Of a DNA stretch of 64,000 bases, positions 46,448 through 56,705 are shown in pieces (the first letter of the stretch is position 1; the number at the start of each line of letters is the position of its first letter). The notes beneath the pieces were generated by a model. The model saw only the letters and a program-made list of their open reading frames with translations, had not been told where the DNA came from and did not search any database. The stretch spans positions 128,001-192,000 of the forward strand of contig CAWCFX010000004.1 of NCBI GenBank assembly GCA_963795085.1, read 5' to 3'. This stretch comes from an uncultured Gemmatimonadales bacterium (GTDB lineage: Bacteria > Gemmatimonadota > Gemmatimonadetes > Gemmatimonadales > GWC2-71-9). Position numbers and translations under genes: made by a program.

Positions 46448-47697
46448 CAGGCGAACACCTCCCGCACCCGGGACAGGCCACCCAGGAGGGCGTCGACCTC
46501 GGCGCCGGTGTTGTAGAGACTGAACGACGCCCGGATGGTCGCGGGGACGCCGAATCGCCGCATCAGGGGCTGGGCGCAGTGGTGGCCGACCCGAACCGCG
46601 ACGCCCTCCTGGTCCAGGATGGTACCCGCATCGTGGGGGTGCACCTTTTCCACGACAAACGACACCAGGCTGGCACGCTGCTCCCCACCGGCCCCGATCA
46701 GCCGGACGCCCGGCATGGCCTGGAGCCCCGCCACCGCGGCGGCGAGGAGCTGGTCCTCGTGCCGGCGGGCGGCGTCCAATCCCACCTCCCTCAGGTAGTG
46801 ACAGGCTGCGGCCAGTCCGATCGCGCCGGCGATGTGCGGGGTACCGGCTTCAAAACGGCCGGGAATCGGGGCATAGGTGGTGCCATCAAAGGCGACCGAG
46901 TCGATCATTCCCCCGCCCCCCTGGTAGGGCTCCATCTCCTCCAATCGTTCCCGCCGGCCGTACAGGACTCCGATTCCGGTAGGTCCCAGCATCTTGTGGC
47001 CCGAGCAGGCAAAGAAATCGCATCCCAGGGCTTCCACGTCCACCGAAAGGTGGGCGGCGGACTGGGCACCATCCACCACCACGATCGCCCCGGCTGCATG
47101 GGCCAGGTCGGCGATCTGCCGAACAGGGTTGATAGTCCCCAGGACATTGGAAAGGTGGGTCAGCGCGACGACCCGGGTGCCGGGACCGATGAGACGGCCC
47201 GCGGCCTCCAGGTCCAGGTCGCCAGCCTCGGTTACCGGAACGACCCGGATGACCGCCCCCACCTGGCCCGCCAGCATCTGCCACGGCACAATGTTGGAGT
47301 GATGTTCCATCTCGGTCAGCAGGATCTCGTCGCCGCTCCGGAGCCGGGGCCTGGCCCAGGCCTGCGCCACGAGATTGATGCCCTCGGTGGTGCCCCGGGT
47401 AAAGATGATTTCCTCCGGCCGGGCCGCGCCGAGGAAATCGCGGAGCGTGGACCGGGCATCCTCATACCGCGCCGTGGCCAACTCGCTCAGCCGGTGCACC
47501 CCCCGGTGGATATTGGCGTTTTCCTCCTCGTAATACCGTCGCAACGCCTCCAGGACGGCCCGCGGTTTCTGCGAGGTGGCCGCATTGTCGAGGTAGGACA
47601 GCGGCTTCCCGTTGACCACGGTGCCCAGAATCGGAAACTCACGCCGGACACGCTCGATGTCGAGCACCCGGGCCGGAGCCGATGCGATCGCCGTCAC
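46447..47697 (-). CDS. sufS: Cysteine desulfurase SufS
   Basis: YLDNAATSQKP, EHHSN, SGHK, RVGHHCAQP. Confidence 0.95.
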   Translation of the reverse strand: MTAIASAPARVLDIERVRREFPILGTVVNGKPLSYLDNAATSQKPRAVLEALRRYYEEENANIHRGVHRLSELATARYEDARSTLRDFLGAARPEEIIFTRGTTEGINLVAQAWARPRLRSGDEILLTEMEHHSNIVPWQMLAGQVGAVIRVVPVTEAGDLDLEAAGRLIGPGTRVVALTHLSNVLGTINPVRQIADLAHAAGAIVVVDGAQSAAHLSVDVEALGCDFFACSGHKMLGPTGIGVLYGRRERLEEMEPYQGGGGMIDSVAFDGTTYAPIPGRFEAGTPHIAGAIGLAAACHYLREVGLDAARRHEDQLLAAAVAGLQAMPGVRLIGAGGEQRASLVSFVVEKVHPHDAGTILDQEGVAVRVGHHCAQPLMRRFGVPATIRASFSLYNTGAEVDALLGGLSRVREVFA

Positions 47698-47704
47698 CGG
47701 GCCC

Positions 47705-48967
47705 TCATCCCAGCGAGGACTCCAGCCGCTCGAAGACCAGGCGTTCGAGCAGGTGCCGGAGCGGGTCCTGGTCGATCTCGCCCAATACCTCCGCGGCGAA
47801 CCCGTAGGTCAGCATCCGGCGGGCCCGGGCCGCGCTCAGGCCCCGGCTTGCCAGGTAGAAGAGCCCGATTTCGTCCAGCCGGCCGACCGTTGCCCCGTGG
47901 GTGCACTTCACGTCGTCGGCGAAGATCTCCAGCTGGGGCTTGGTATCCACCTTGGCCCCGTCAGACAGCAGCAGGTTCTTGTTGGTCTGCTTGCCATCGG
48001 TCTTCTGCGCCTCCGGCCGGACATACACCTTGCCGTTGAACACCGCGTGCGACTGCCCGTCGAGAATGCCCTTGTATACCTCCCGGCTGCTGCAGTTCGG
48101 AGCGGCGTGCTCGATCCGGGTCTGGTGATCGATGTGCTGCTTGCCGTGGAGCATATAGAGGCCGTTCATGGTGCACACGGACCCCTCGCCCTCCATGACC
48201 GAGTAGACGTTGGTCCGGGCGAGGGCCCCGCCCAGCGCGAACGAGAACGACTTGAAGCGGCTGTCCCGCTGCTGCCGCGCCTCGATGGTCCCGACGTGGA
48301 AGGCCTGTTCGCTCTCCCGCTGGAGCTTGATGTGCTCGACCCGGGCGTTGGGGCCGACAGCCACCTCGGTCACGGCGTTGGTGAAGTAGGGTCCATCCGC
48401 CGTGGCGCCGAACGTCTCGATCACGGTCAACTCGGACGATTCATCCGCGACAATGAGGTTTCGAGGGTGAGCCGCCCAGGGCCCGGCGGCACCATCGGCC
48501 AGGAACAGGAGGTGCACCGGGATCCCGGCCCGGCAGCCCCTGCGAATGCGGATCACCGCACCGTCGGCCATCTGCGCAGTGTTGAGCGCAGTGAAGGCGT
48601 GGGTCCGGAAGTCGGCAATCGCGCCCAGGCTCTCCTGGATCTGGCCGGGGTTGGATTGCAGCGCCTGGGCCAGGCTGGTCACGGTTACGCCCTCGGGCAG
48701 GGCAGCGCCGCCGGACAACTCCGGGTGGTACCGCCCGTTGACGAAGACCATCTCGTGGGCCGGCAATCCCAGCCGGAACGACTCGATCTCTTCCGGGGAA
48801 ATGCTGCGGCCCCGGTCGGGGGGCGCCTGCCACGATTCCTGCGCAATCGGGGCCACGCTGGTGAACTTCCAGTCCTCGTTCCGGGGGGTGGGATAGCCTT
48901 CCCGGGCAAACTGTTCCGCGGCCCGCTGTCGCAGGCTTTCGATCCCGGCGGCCGTCGCAGTACTCAC
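47705..48967 (-). CDS. sufD: Fe-S assembly protein SufD
   Basis: EDWKFT, AQKTDG, PQLEIFADDVKCTHGAT; GTG start overlaps the sufC stop. Confidence 0.93.
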   Translation of the reverse strand: MSTATAAGIESLRQRAAEQFAREGYPTPRNEDWKFTSVAPIAQESWQAPPDRGRSISPEEIESFRLGLPAHEMVFVNGRYHPELSGGAALPEGVTVTSLAQALQSNPGQIQESLGAIADFRTHAFTALNTAQMADGAVIRIRRGCRAGIPVHLLFLADGAAGPWAAHPRNLIVADESSELTVIETFGATADGPYFTNAVTEVAVGPNARVEHIKLQRESEQAFHVGTIEARQQRDSRFKSFSFALGGALARTNVYSVMEGEGSVCTMNGLYMLHGKQHIDHQTRIEHAAPNCSSREVYKGILDGQSHAVFNGKVYVRPEAQKTDGKQTNKNLLLSDGAKVDTKPQLEIFADDVKCTHGATVGRLDEIGLFYLASRGLSAARARRMLTYGFAAEVLGEIDQDPLRHLLERLVFERLESSLG

Positions 48968-49713
48968 GCCGCCTCCCCGCCCAGCCACTCGTATCCCTTC
49001 GCCTCCAACTCCAGGGCCAGCTCCTTGCCGCCCGACCTCACGATCCGCCCCTGCGACAGCACGTGGACAAAGTCGGGGACGATGTAGTTCAGCAGCCGCT
49101 GATAATGGGTTACCAGGATGGTGGCATTGTCGGGACGCCGAAGCCGGTTCACGCCTTCGGCCACGATCCGCAGGGCGTCGATATCGAGCCCGGAATCGGT
49201 TTCGTCCAGGATCGCCAGCCGGGGCTCGAGGACGGCCATCTGGAGAATCTCGTTGCGTTTCTTCTCTCCGCCGGAAAACCCGCTGTTGACGAACCGGGTG
49301 AGGACGCCCTGATCCCACTCGACCAGGTCCAGTTTCTGGTCCATGAGGTCGGCGAAATCGAGGGGGTCCAGTTCCTCCTCGCCCCGGGCCTTGCGGATCT
49401 CGTTGTAGGCCGAGCGCAGGAAGTAGCCGTTGGTCACGCCGGCGATCTCGACCGGGTACTGGAAGGCAAGAAAAACGCCGGCACGGGCCCGGTCTTCCGG
49501 TTCCATGTCGAGCAGGTCCTGCCCGTCATAGGTGGCAGACCCGCCGGTGACCACATAGCCGGGGTGCCCGGCCAGCACCTGCGCCAGGGTGCTCTTGCCC
49601 GATCCGTTGGGGCCCATGACCGCGTGCACCTCTCCCTGGTTGACGGTGAGGTTGATGCCCTTGAGGATTTCCGTGTCGCCGGCCGTGGCCCGCAGTTCCT
49701 TGATCTCCAGCAC
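48964..49713 (-). CDS. sufC: Fe-S assembly ATPase SufC
   Basis: GPNGSGKST, FQYPVEI, FSGGEKKRNE, DETDSGLDID. Confidence 0.96.
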   Translation of the reverse strand: MLEIKELRATAGDTEILKGINLTVNQGEVHAVMGPNGSGKSTLAQVLAGHPGYVVTGGSATYDGQDLLDMEPEDRARAGVFLAFQYPVEIAGVTNGYFLRSAYNEIRKARGEEELDPLDFADLMDQKLDLVEWDQGVLTRFVNSGFSGGEKKRNEILQMAVLEPRLAILDETDSGLDIDALRIVAEGVNRLRRPDNATILVTHYQRLLNYIVPDFVHVLSQGRIVRSGGKELALELEAKGYEWLGGEAA

Positions 49714-49763
49714 GCTGTTCTCCGAATTTGAAATGCCTGTCGTACCCGGCGAAGTCGCCAGGG

Positions 49764-51209
49764 TTATCCGACGCTGCCTTCGAGGCTCACGCCAAGCAGC
49801 TTCTGCGCCTCGACCGCAAACTCGGTCGGCAGGTTCAGGAACACCTCTTTGCAGAATCCGTTGACGATCATGCTGATCGCGTTCTCGGTGTTGAGGCCCC
49901 GCTGCTTGCAGTAGAAAATCTGGTCTTCCCCGATCTTGGACGTGGACGCCTCATGCTCAACGGACGAGGAGGGATTCTGGACGTCGATATAGGGAAAAGT
50001 GTGGGCCCCGCACTGGTTGCCGATCAGCATGGAATCGCACTGGGTGTAGTTCCGGGCATTGGCCGCCTTGGGCAGGACCTTTACCTGGCCCCGGTAGCTG
50101 TTGTTGCCGTGGCCGGCCGATATCCCCTTCGATACGATGGTGCTGCGGGTGTTCTTCCCGAGGTGAATCATCTTGGTCCCGGTATCGGCCTGCTGCCGGC
50201 CATTGACGACGGCGACGGAATAGAACTCGCCCACACTGTCGTCCCCCTGGAGGATGACGCTGGGGTATTTCCAGGTGATCGCCGAACCGGTTTCCACCTG
50301 GGTCCAGGAAATCTTGGACCGGGCGCCGGCGCACTTGCCCCGCTTGGTGACAAAATTGTAGATCCCGCCCTTGCCGTCGGCGTCCCCCGCGTACCAGTTC
50401 TGGACCGTGGAGTACTTGATGGTCGCCCCTTCCATGGCCACCAGCTCGACCACCGCGGCGTGCAGCTGCTTGGTGTCGCGCTTGGGTGCCGTGCACCCTT
50501 CGAGGTAGCTCACGTAGGCGCCTTCGTCGGCGATGATCAGCGTCCGCTCGAACTGGCCGGCGTCGGCGGTGTTGATGCGGAAGTAGGTGGACAGCTCCAT
50601 GGGGCAGCGCACCCCTTTGGGGATATACACGAACGATCCATCGCTGAACACCGCGGAGTTGAGCGCCGCGAAGAAATTGTCATTGTAGGGCACCACCGAA
50701 CCGAGATACTTCTCGATCAGCTCCGGGTGCTCACGTACAGCTTCGGAGAAGGGACAGAAGATGACCCCGTACTCCGCGAGCTTATCTTTGAACGTGGTCG
50801 CCACCGACACGCTGTCGAAGATGGCGTCCACCGCCACGCCGGCCAGCATTTTCTGCTCGCTCAGCGGAATACCCAGTTTCTCATAGGTCCGGAGCAGTTC
50901 GGGGTCGACCTCGTCCAGGCTGCCCAGGGGCTTAATGCTCCGGGGCGCGGAGTAGTAGATCACGTCCTGGTAATCGATGGGCGGGTAGGTGATGTTGGCC
51001 CAGTGATGGGGCTCCTGCATGGTCAGCCAGCGCCGGTAGGCCTTGAGCCGCCACTCCAGCATGAAAAGCGGCTCCTGCTTCTTGGCCGAAATCAGCCGGA
51101 CGACATCCTCGCTGAGGCCGGGTGGCAGCGCGTCGCTCTCGATGTCGGTGACGAAACCATACTGGTATTCCCGCCCAACCAGGGATTCAACGGGTGACGG
51201 TGAGGACAT
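49764..51209 (-). CDS. sufB: Fe-S assembly protein SufB
   Basis: [34 protein letters not shown]. Confidence 0.96.
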   Translation of the reverse strand: MSSPSPVESLVGREYQYGFVTDIESDALPPGLSEDVVRLISAKKQEPLFMLEWRLKAYRRWLTMQEPHHWANITYPPIDYQDVIYYSAPRSIKPLGSLDEVDPELLRTYEKLGIPLSEQKMLAGVAVDAIFDSVSVATTFKDKLAEYGVIFCPFSEAVREHPELIEKYLGSVVPYNDNFFAALNSAVFSDGSFVYIPKGVRCPMELSTYFRINTADAGQFERTLIIADEGAYVSYLEGCTAPKRDTKQLHAAVVELVAMEGATIKYSTVQNWYAGDADGKGGIYNFVTKRGKCAGARSKISWTQVETGSAITWKYPSVILQGDDSVGEFYSVAVVNGRQQADTGTKMIHLGKNTRSTIVSKGISAGHGNNSYRGQVKVLPKAANARNYTQCDSMLIGNQCGAHTFPYIDVQNPSSSVEHEASTSKIGEDQIFYCKQRGLNTENAISMIVNGFCKEVFLNLPTEFAVEAQKLLGVSLEGSVG

Positions 51210-51211
51210 GG

Positions 51212-51928
51212 CTACTTCTTCCCCATAGGGGTGATACCCGGCGAGCCCGAATCTCCGTCGGGTCCCCGCTCGGGAAAATGAATGCTGTACTCGCAGACCT
51301 GGCAGCCGTTCAAAATGTGGCTCGTGCGCTCCACCCCCGCGGCCAGGACCTCCCGCAGGAACCGCTCTTCCAGTTCGCAGATCTCGGGGAATCGCTCCGC
51401 GACCGCCTTGATGGCGCAGTGGTGCTCGGTGAGCATCATACCGCCAGCGGTTTCCCCCCACGCGGCCATATATCCACCCTCCTCAAGGATGCCGGCGACC
51501 CGCTCCAGCCGCTCCGCACCGGTGGCGTCGGCCAGTTCGGCCTGCAGCCGCCGGGCCAGGGCCCCGAAGCGCTCCTCCATCACCTCCAGCACCGCCGATC
51601 TACCCGAGGGCCCCGGCACCCGGGCAAGCGCCTCAGTAAGCAGTTCTTCGTTCCGGCGGGGAAACAGGTCCTCTCCGGAGGCGGTAAGCTGGTAAAGATG
51701 TGCCGGGGCTCCCACGCCGCGCTGCTCCCGCCGACGTGCAACCAGACCATCGCCTTCCAGTTCCCTCAGGTGGTGACGCACCCCGTTCAGCGACACCAGT
51801 AGCCGGTCGGCAAGATCTCCGGCAGTCAGCCCGCCCACGGACTGCTTGAGTGATATCAACACCTGGCCTCTCAGGCCCCGGTATCCCGGAGGCAGGAAAT
51901 CAGCCTCAGGAAATGGAACAGGTCGCAT
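51212..51928 (-). CDS. sufR: SufR-like Fe-S-sensing transcriptional regulator
   Basis: N-terminal wHTH (VRHHLRELE), LFPRR, C-terminal HHCAI...ICELE...CQVCEY; first gene of the suf operon. Confidence 0.82.
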   Translation of the reverse strand: MRPVPFPEADFLPPGYRGLRGQVLISLKQSVGGLTAGDLADRLLVSLNGVRHHLRELEGDGLVARRREQRGVGAPAHLYQLTASGEDLFPRRNEELLTEALARVPGPSGRSAVLEVMEERFGALARRLQAELADATGAERLERVAGILEEGGYMAAWGETAGGMMLTEHHCAIKAVAERFPEICELEERFLREVLAAGVERTSHILNGCQVCEYSIHFPERGPDGDSGSPGITPMGKK

Positions 51929-51934
51929 AGGATG

Positions 51935-51983
51935 AATCTAGACTCCGGCAGCGTACCCGTCAACTAAACACCAAGGTTTGGTT
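51935..51983 (-). promoter_or_regulatory. suf promoter with overlapping operator-like inverted repeat
   Basis: TTGACG (51958-63)-17 bp-TAGATT (51935-40), 6 nt before the ATG; AACTAAAC-N6-GTTTGGTT at 51962-51983. Confidence 0.65.
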
Positions 51984-52158
51984 AAAACTATTAACCACCA
52001 TCGTCGCATAGACTTCCCACCGGGTCACCAGAATGTGGCAACCCCTGTGGCGTTTAAGTAGCTGCACTGGCTACCTCCTTCCTGATTTTCCAGGCTATTG
52101 TGGGCCGGTGGTCGAGGTACAAGATTGGGGACCCGAAACAACGATCCGAGGAAAGACC

Positions 52159-52731
52159 ATGAGCATCCACCCGATACGCCTGCTGGGCGACCCGATTCTG
52201 CGGTCCAGCTGCGAGTATATCGCCAAGCCCGGTTCTACCGCGGCCCGGATAGTTATTGATGATCTTACCGAGACCCTGAAGGACCTCAAGGCTCGGCTCG
52301 GGTGGGGTCGGGGGTTGTCGGCCCCCCAGATCGGGGCCCCGGTTCGGATCATCTACGTCGAGGTCGACAAGCCGGTGGCCATGATCAACCCGGAGATTAT
52401 CGACGTAGGCAACGAAGATTTCAGTGTCTGGGATGACTGTTTTTCGATCCCTGACATCCTGGTCCGGGTTTCCCGAGCTTACCGGATCAAGGTCCGATAC
52501 CAGGACGCGCGGGGCGTCACCCGGGAGGCAGAATACGATGGCGCGTTCGCGGAACTGGTTCAGCACGAGATCGACCATCTCGATGGCGTGCTGATCGTGG
52601 ACCGTCCCCACGGTCTTGACCCGTTCTGTATCCGGCAGGAATGGGCCCGGCGGTACTCCAAGATGGGGCGCTACGGCGAGCCGGAGCAGCGAACCGCCTC
52701 CTACGCCACGCCGTTGGGAGGGTTGATCTGA
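52159..52731 (+). CDS. def: Peptide deformylase (divergent motif 2)
   Basis: GRGLSAPQIG, DDCFS in place of EGCLS, QHEIDHLDG. Confidence 0.85.
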   Translation: MSIHPIRLLGDPILRSSCEYIAKPGSTAARIVIDDLTETLKDLKARLGWGRGLSAPQIGAPVRIIYVEVDKPVAMINPEIIDVGNEDFSVWDDCFSIPDILVRVSRAYRIKVRYQDARGVTREAEYDGAFAELVQHEIDHLDGVLIVDRPHGLDPFCIRQEWARRYSKMGRYGEPEQRTASYATPLGGLI

Positions 52732-52741
52732 CCGAGTCCAG

Positions 52742-54784
52742 CTAAAACCATCGGCCCAGACGCACCAGGAGGGCATCCCGCCCGCCTGTGCTCACTCCAT
52801 ATTCCACCCTGATGGGGCCCAGCCCTGTCACCAGGTTGAGTCCAGCCCGGACTCCGGACCGGAGCGGCCCTGACGGTCCCAACCCGTCATTACCACCGGT
52901 TGCGCCGAGCATTGGCTCGATGCGAGCAAACAACTGGCCTGCCAGCGGATACAAAAGAACGATGCTGCCGGACAGCTCCCGTTGGCTTCTCTCTTCCCCA
53001 ATGTGGAGTCCGGCGAAGCCGTCCACGCCGCCGAGGACAAACTGGTGCTGGAAGGGGAGGCTTTCCCCCGCGCCATAGCGCGCCCGGGGCCGAAGCCGGA
53101 GTGGTCCCAGACGAATCGTCGCGATTCCTTCCAACTCTACCCGGCGATACTCGCCATTGGCTGCTGCCCCCAGCCGAACCAGTGGTTCGGCCAGCCGACC
53201 GGCCTTGACTACTTCAAACCGAACTCCGATGGCCCCCTTGCCGCGGTGGCCCGGTTCATCCCACGCCCGGGCCTCCAGGCCGAAGGTGGACTGCCACCCC
53301 CTCGGCCCGTGAAAATCCAGGCCAGCCAGCATGGCCGCCTCATGGACCTTGAGGGGTGAACCTTCGGTGCCCCCCTGGAACCGGCGCACCAGCTCCCGGC
53401 TGGCCTGGAACCCCACCACCGGCAGCAATACAGGCCGGATGGCGGCGGATAGGCGAACTCCCACCTGGATGTCCTGCCGAAGCTCGCCCAGGAACGCGGC
53501 GCTGGCGGCTTCCAGGTTGCGGCGCAGGAAATTCCGGTTGACCTGCCCGATCCAGATCCGGCCACCCAGATCGTTATCATAAGCCGCGCCAACGGCGACA
53601 ACCCGGGTCGGACCCAGTTGGGGCGTGACCTCGAATCGGACGGTATCTCCGGACCCCTTTGGGTAGAGCCAGACCGCGGCATAGCGGTCCGATGAGCCCA
53701 GGCGAAGAACCGATGTCCGCAGATCCCGGAGGTGTACGGTATCGCCGGTCCGGACGCGTAGGAGGCGGTACAGAATGGCGCTGTCCGCGCGAGCGGCTCC
53801 GGCAAACGAGATTCCCCCAATCACGGTGGGGAGGGTCGCCCGTCGTGGCGGCGTGGGTGGGCCAGGGAGACACCCGGCGCCCGCGAGTGACGCCATGGCG
53901 GCGGCCATCCCGCGGTCAACGAGGGTTCGAATGGCGGACGGCGAGAAATCGAGGCTCGGAAATCCCTCGACATCGGGGCGGACGGCTATGTCGTCCGCCC
54001 AGAGAGAGTCCCCCGGCTGGCGAAACAGATTGCCGATGAGGTGGTCAATCAGGACCAGCGTCGATTGCAGGTTGAGGGAATCGGGCGGCTGTTCAGTCGT
54101 AATGGAAACGATGATCCGCCGAGCCCCTTCGGCGCGGGCGACCGCGATGGGAACGTTGGCGGAGAGCCCGCCATCGCCAAGGTACCTTCCCGCCAGCTGC
54201 TCCGGCTCGAACAGGAGAGGGATCGCGGCGCTGGCCCGCACCGACCTCGCCAGGTCCCCCGAGGAAAAGACGAACGGGCGGCCGGAGAGAAGATCGGTGG
54301 CAACGGCCCGGAACGGGATCGGGAGAGAGTCGAAATCGCCGCGTGCCGCAATGTTACCCCGAAGAAACGCGGCATTGAGCAGCGCGTTGATTTCGGCGCT
54401 GAGCACCGCCGCCCGCTGAAACGTCAACCCTCCCGCTTCCTCCTCCCAGACAATGGCGGGCTGAAGCAGCCCGATTGACGAGGGCACCCGGGGTTCGTAG
54501 GTCCGAAAGAACCGGGTGAGGGAGACGCCTCGCGCCAGGGAGTCGATCTCACGGCCACTGTACCCGCTGGCATACAGGCCCCCGACGATAGCCCCCATCG
54601 ACGTGCCAACCACGATATCAGGCCGGATCCCAAGACTGTCCAGGGCGCGCAGCACCCCAACATGGGCCAGGCCCTTGGCCCCGCCGCCCGAAAGCACCAG
54701 GGCGGTTCGGGGGGGCGTACATTCCTGGCCCAGCAGGGGGCCAGGCGACCAGAAAAAGAGTAGTAGCGGAAGCCAGCGGGGCAT
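52742..54784 (-). CDS. Patatin-like phospholipase fused to POTRA-like and beta-barrel regions (PlpD-like)
   Basis: Signal peptide, GGGAKG, GTSMG, DGG; C-terminal amphipathic strands ending in WF. Confidence 0.8.
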   Translation of the reverse strand: MPRWLPLLLFFWSPGPLLGQECTPPRTALVLSGGGAKGLAHVGVLRALDSLGIRPDIVVGTSMGAIVGGLYASGYSGREIDSLARGVSLTRFFRTYEPRVPSSIGLLQPAIVWEEEAGGLTFQRAAVLSAEINALLNAAFLRGNIAARGDFDSLPIPFRAVATDLLSGRPFVFSSGDLARSVRASAAIPLLFEPEQLAGRYLGDGGLSANVPIAVARAEGARRIIVSITTEQPPDSLNLQSTLVLIDHLIGNLFRQPGDSLWADDIAVRPDVEGFPSLDFSPSAIRTLVDRGMAAAMASLAGAGCLPGPPTPPRRATLPTVIGGISFAGAARADSAILYRLLRVRTGDTVHLRDLRTSVLRLGSSDRYAAVWLYPKGSGDTVRFEVTPQLGPTRVVAVGAAYDNDLGGRIWIGQVNRNFLRRNLEAASAAFLGELRQDIQVGVRLSAAIRPVLLPVVGFQASRELVRRFQGGTEGSPLKVHEAAMLAGLDFHGPRGWQSTFGLEARAWDEPGHRGKGAIGVRFEVVKAGRLAEPLVRLGAAANGEYRRVELEGIATIRLGPLRLRPRARYGAGESLPFQHQFVLGGVDGFAGLHIGEERSQRELSGSIVLLYPLAGQLFARIEPMLGATGGNDGLGPSGPLRSGVRAGLNLVTGLGPIRVEYGVSTGGRDALLVRLGRWF

Positions 54785-54863
54785 GGCTGCAAGTTAGCCG
54801 GGAAAGCTCCCCAGGGGCGCACCACCCCTTGCGGTTAGGGGATGCACTTCGTATAAATCCCCT

Positions 54864-54879
54864 CGGCAGGAAGCTTGCA
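54864..54879 (+). promoter_or_regulatory. Possible sigma-54 promoter for the ferredoxin gene
   Basis: CGGCAG-GAAGC-TTGCA with GG-N10-GC spacing, upstream of the GGAGG RBS at 54901. Confidence 0.5.
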
Positions 54880-54916
54880 GCAGGCATACCCACGGTTCCC
54901 GGAGGATTGACGCGAC

Positions 54917-55180
54917 ATGACGTATGTAATTACCGAGCCCTGTATCGGCGTGAAGGACCGGGCCTGCGTGGATGTCTGCCCCGTCGATTGCATCTATGAG
55001 GGAGAGGACCAGTTGTACATTCACCCGGACGAGTGCATCGATTGCGGTGCCTGTGAGCCGGAATGCCCGGTAACGGCAATATTTCCTGAAGAGGACGTGC
55101 CGCCCCAATGGACGAGCTATACCGAGAAGAACAAGGAGATATTCAACGGCGACACGCCGCCGGGCCGGCCTCAGAAATAG
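54917..55180 (+). CDS. fdxA: 7Fe-type dicluster ferredoxin
   Basis: [29 protein letters not shown]. Confidence 0.9.
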   Translation: MTYVITEPCIGVKDRACVDVCPVDCIYEGEDQLYIHPDECIDCGACEPECPVTAIFPEEDVPPQWTSYTEKNKEIFNGDTPPGRPQK

Positions 55181-55205
55181 ACCCTGTCGCGGCTCATTGA
55201 CCCAA

Positions 55206-55235
55206 GGACCCTTCGCTGACGGAGGGTCTTTTTTT
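55206..55235 (+). terminator. Rho-independent terminator
   Basis: GGACCCTTCG-ctga-CGGAGGGTC followed by a T7 run. Confidence 0.85.
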
Positions 55236-55382
55236 AGCCGCTGAGAGCAGGGATGTCGATCCACGGGGCCGAACTGCTTGGCCGCGGCCCCGGGACCGAA
55301 TCTCAAGGAAGGAACTGCGAACCAGAAGCGGCTGAGTAGCTCATCCGCCGAAGAATCCTACGGCGTCGCCCCCGGGCCGGTT

Positions 55383-56594
55383 TCACGGGGCCAGTCCATT
55401 CAGGAACTCCTGCAGAATCCGGGTGGTTTCGCCGGGTTGTTCGACTGGGGGAAGGTGCCCGGCGCTGGGGACGACCCGGAGGACTGACCCGGGTATCGCA
55501 TCATGCATCCGCGTCATGTCGGCCAGCGGAACCAGCTGGTCCATTTCGCCGGCGATCAACAGGATCGGGACGGCGAGCGTGGGCAGCAGCGAGGTACTGT
55601 CCGGCCGGTCCCGCATGGCCGCGAGCGCGCCCGCGATGCCTGCGACCGGGGTGCGCTCCATGATCTGGCGAACCTGGCCAAGAAGGCTGTCGTTCTGGTA
55701 GGAAACCGGCGCCAGGATCCGGGGAATCATGGCTTCCGCGACGGCCGCGGCCCCGCCATCCCGGGCCTGCGCGGCCGCCTGGTCCCGGGCCCTCCGCCCT
55801 TCGACCGATTCCGCCTCCGCGCGGGTCGAGACCAGTACCAGCCCGCGGACCCGCTCGGGCGAGGACCGCAGCAACTCCAGCGCGATATACCCACCCATGG
55901 ACAATCCACAGATTACCGCCTGACCCAGGTCGAGGGAATCCATCAGGGCCACCAGGTCGCCGGCGTAGGTCGCCATGCTGTACCCGAGGTCGGGGGCGTC
56001 CGAATGGCCCATGCCTCTCAGGTCCGGTGCCACGCAGCGCCAGCCCCGGAGGTTTTGGACCTGGTCCCGCCAGATGGTCCGGTCCAGGGGATAACCGTGA
56101 ACGAAGAGAAGAGGCGGACCTTCACCCTGGTCGTCATAGGCCAGGGTGACGCCGTTCACGGTGATGGATGATCCGCGAGGAACTGCCGAGGGGCCCGTCG
56201 CGCCGGGGTCGAGGAATCCGAGCCCGTCGGGAACCGGCACCGGTTTTCCCTGGCGATCCACGCACACGAAGACGAAGTCGGCCGTCGCGATGAGGCCGGC
56301 GGCGGCGGCGCGGCGGGCGACCTGCCGGAGGGAGAAACTGGTGCGACCCTGGTGCAGCAACGTCTGCGTGAAGCGGAGGGCTTCGCCCGGAAACGCGGAA
56401 GCCTGGTACTCGATTGTGGCCTTGCGAAGGGCCGGCCAGGCGCCGGCGCGGGTGAAGAAATCAATGCCCGGCCCCTGCCGAAGGGTTTCCCAGCGGGCCC
56501 GCTCAAAGAGGCGGAGGAAGGACGCCTGGTTGACGTGTCCGAAGGAATCGCAATCGTCCGGGTACACCATCAGTTCGATTTCAGCGCTCGTCAT
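55383..56594 (-). CDS. Acyl-CoA thioesterase (hotdog) / alpha-beta hydrolase fusion
   Basis: N-terminal DCDSFGHVNQASF; C-terminal HGYP, DLRGMG, GLSMGG, GEMD, AGHLP. Confidence 0.82.
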   Translation of the reverse strand: MTSAEIELMVYPDDCDSFGHVNQASFLRLFERARWETLRQGPGIDFFTRAGAWPALRKATIEYQASAFPGEALRFTQTLLHQGRTSFSLRQVARRAAAAGLIATADFVFVCVDRQGKPVPVPDGLGFLDPGATGPSAVPRGSSITVNGVTLAYDDQGEGPPLLFVHGYPLDRTIWRDQVQNLRGWRCVAPDLRGMGHSDAPDLGYSMATYAGDLVALMDSLDLGQAVICGLSMGGYIALELLRSSPERVRGLVLVSTRAEAESVEGRRARDQAAAQARDGGAAAVAEAMIPRILAPVSYQNDSLLGQVRQIMERTPVAGIAGALAAMRDRPDSTSLLPTLAVPILLIAGEMDQLVPLADMTRMHDAIPGSVLRVVPSAGHLPPVEQPGETTRILQEFLNGLAP

Positions 56595-56705
56595 GTCGAG
56601 CCTCCCGGCCATCAGGCGGAGATTGACCCGTGCGAAACCCGCCGAAGGAATCTACCTTCAATCCAGTCAGGACGCCGAATCCACCTTTCGCCGATTGGGC
56701 AGTTC

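Noticed and set aside
46579..51197. Three ~490-aa + strand ORFs
   Set aside because: Antisense to sufS, sufD and sufB; no domain signatures.
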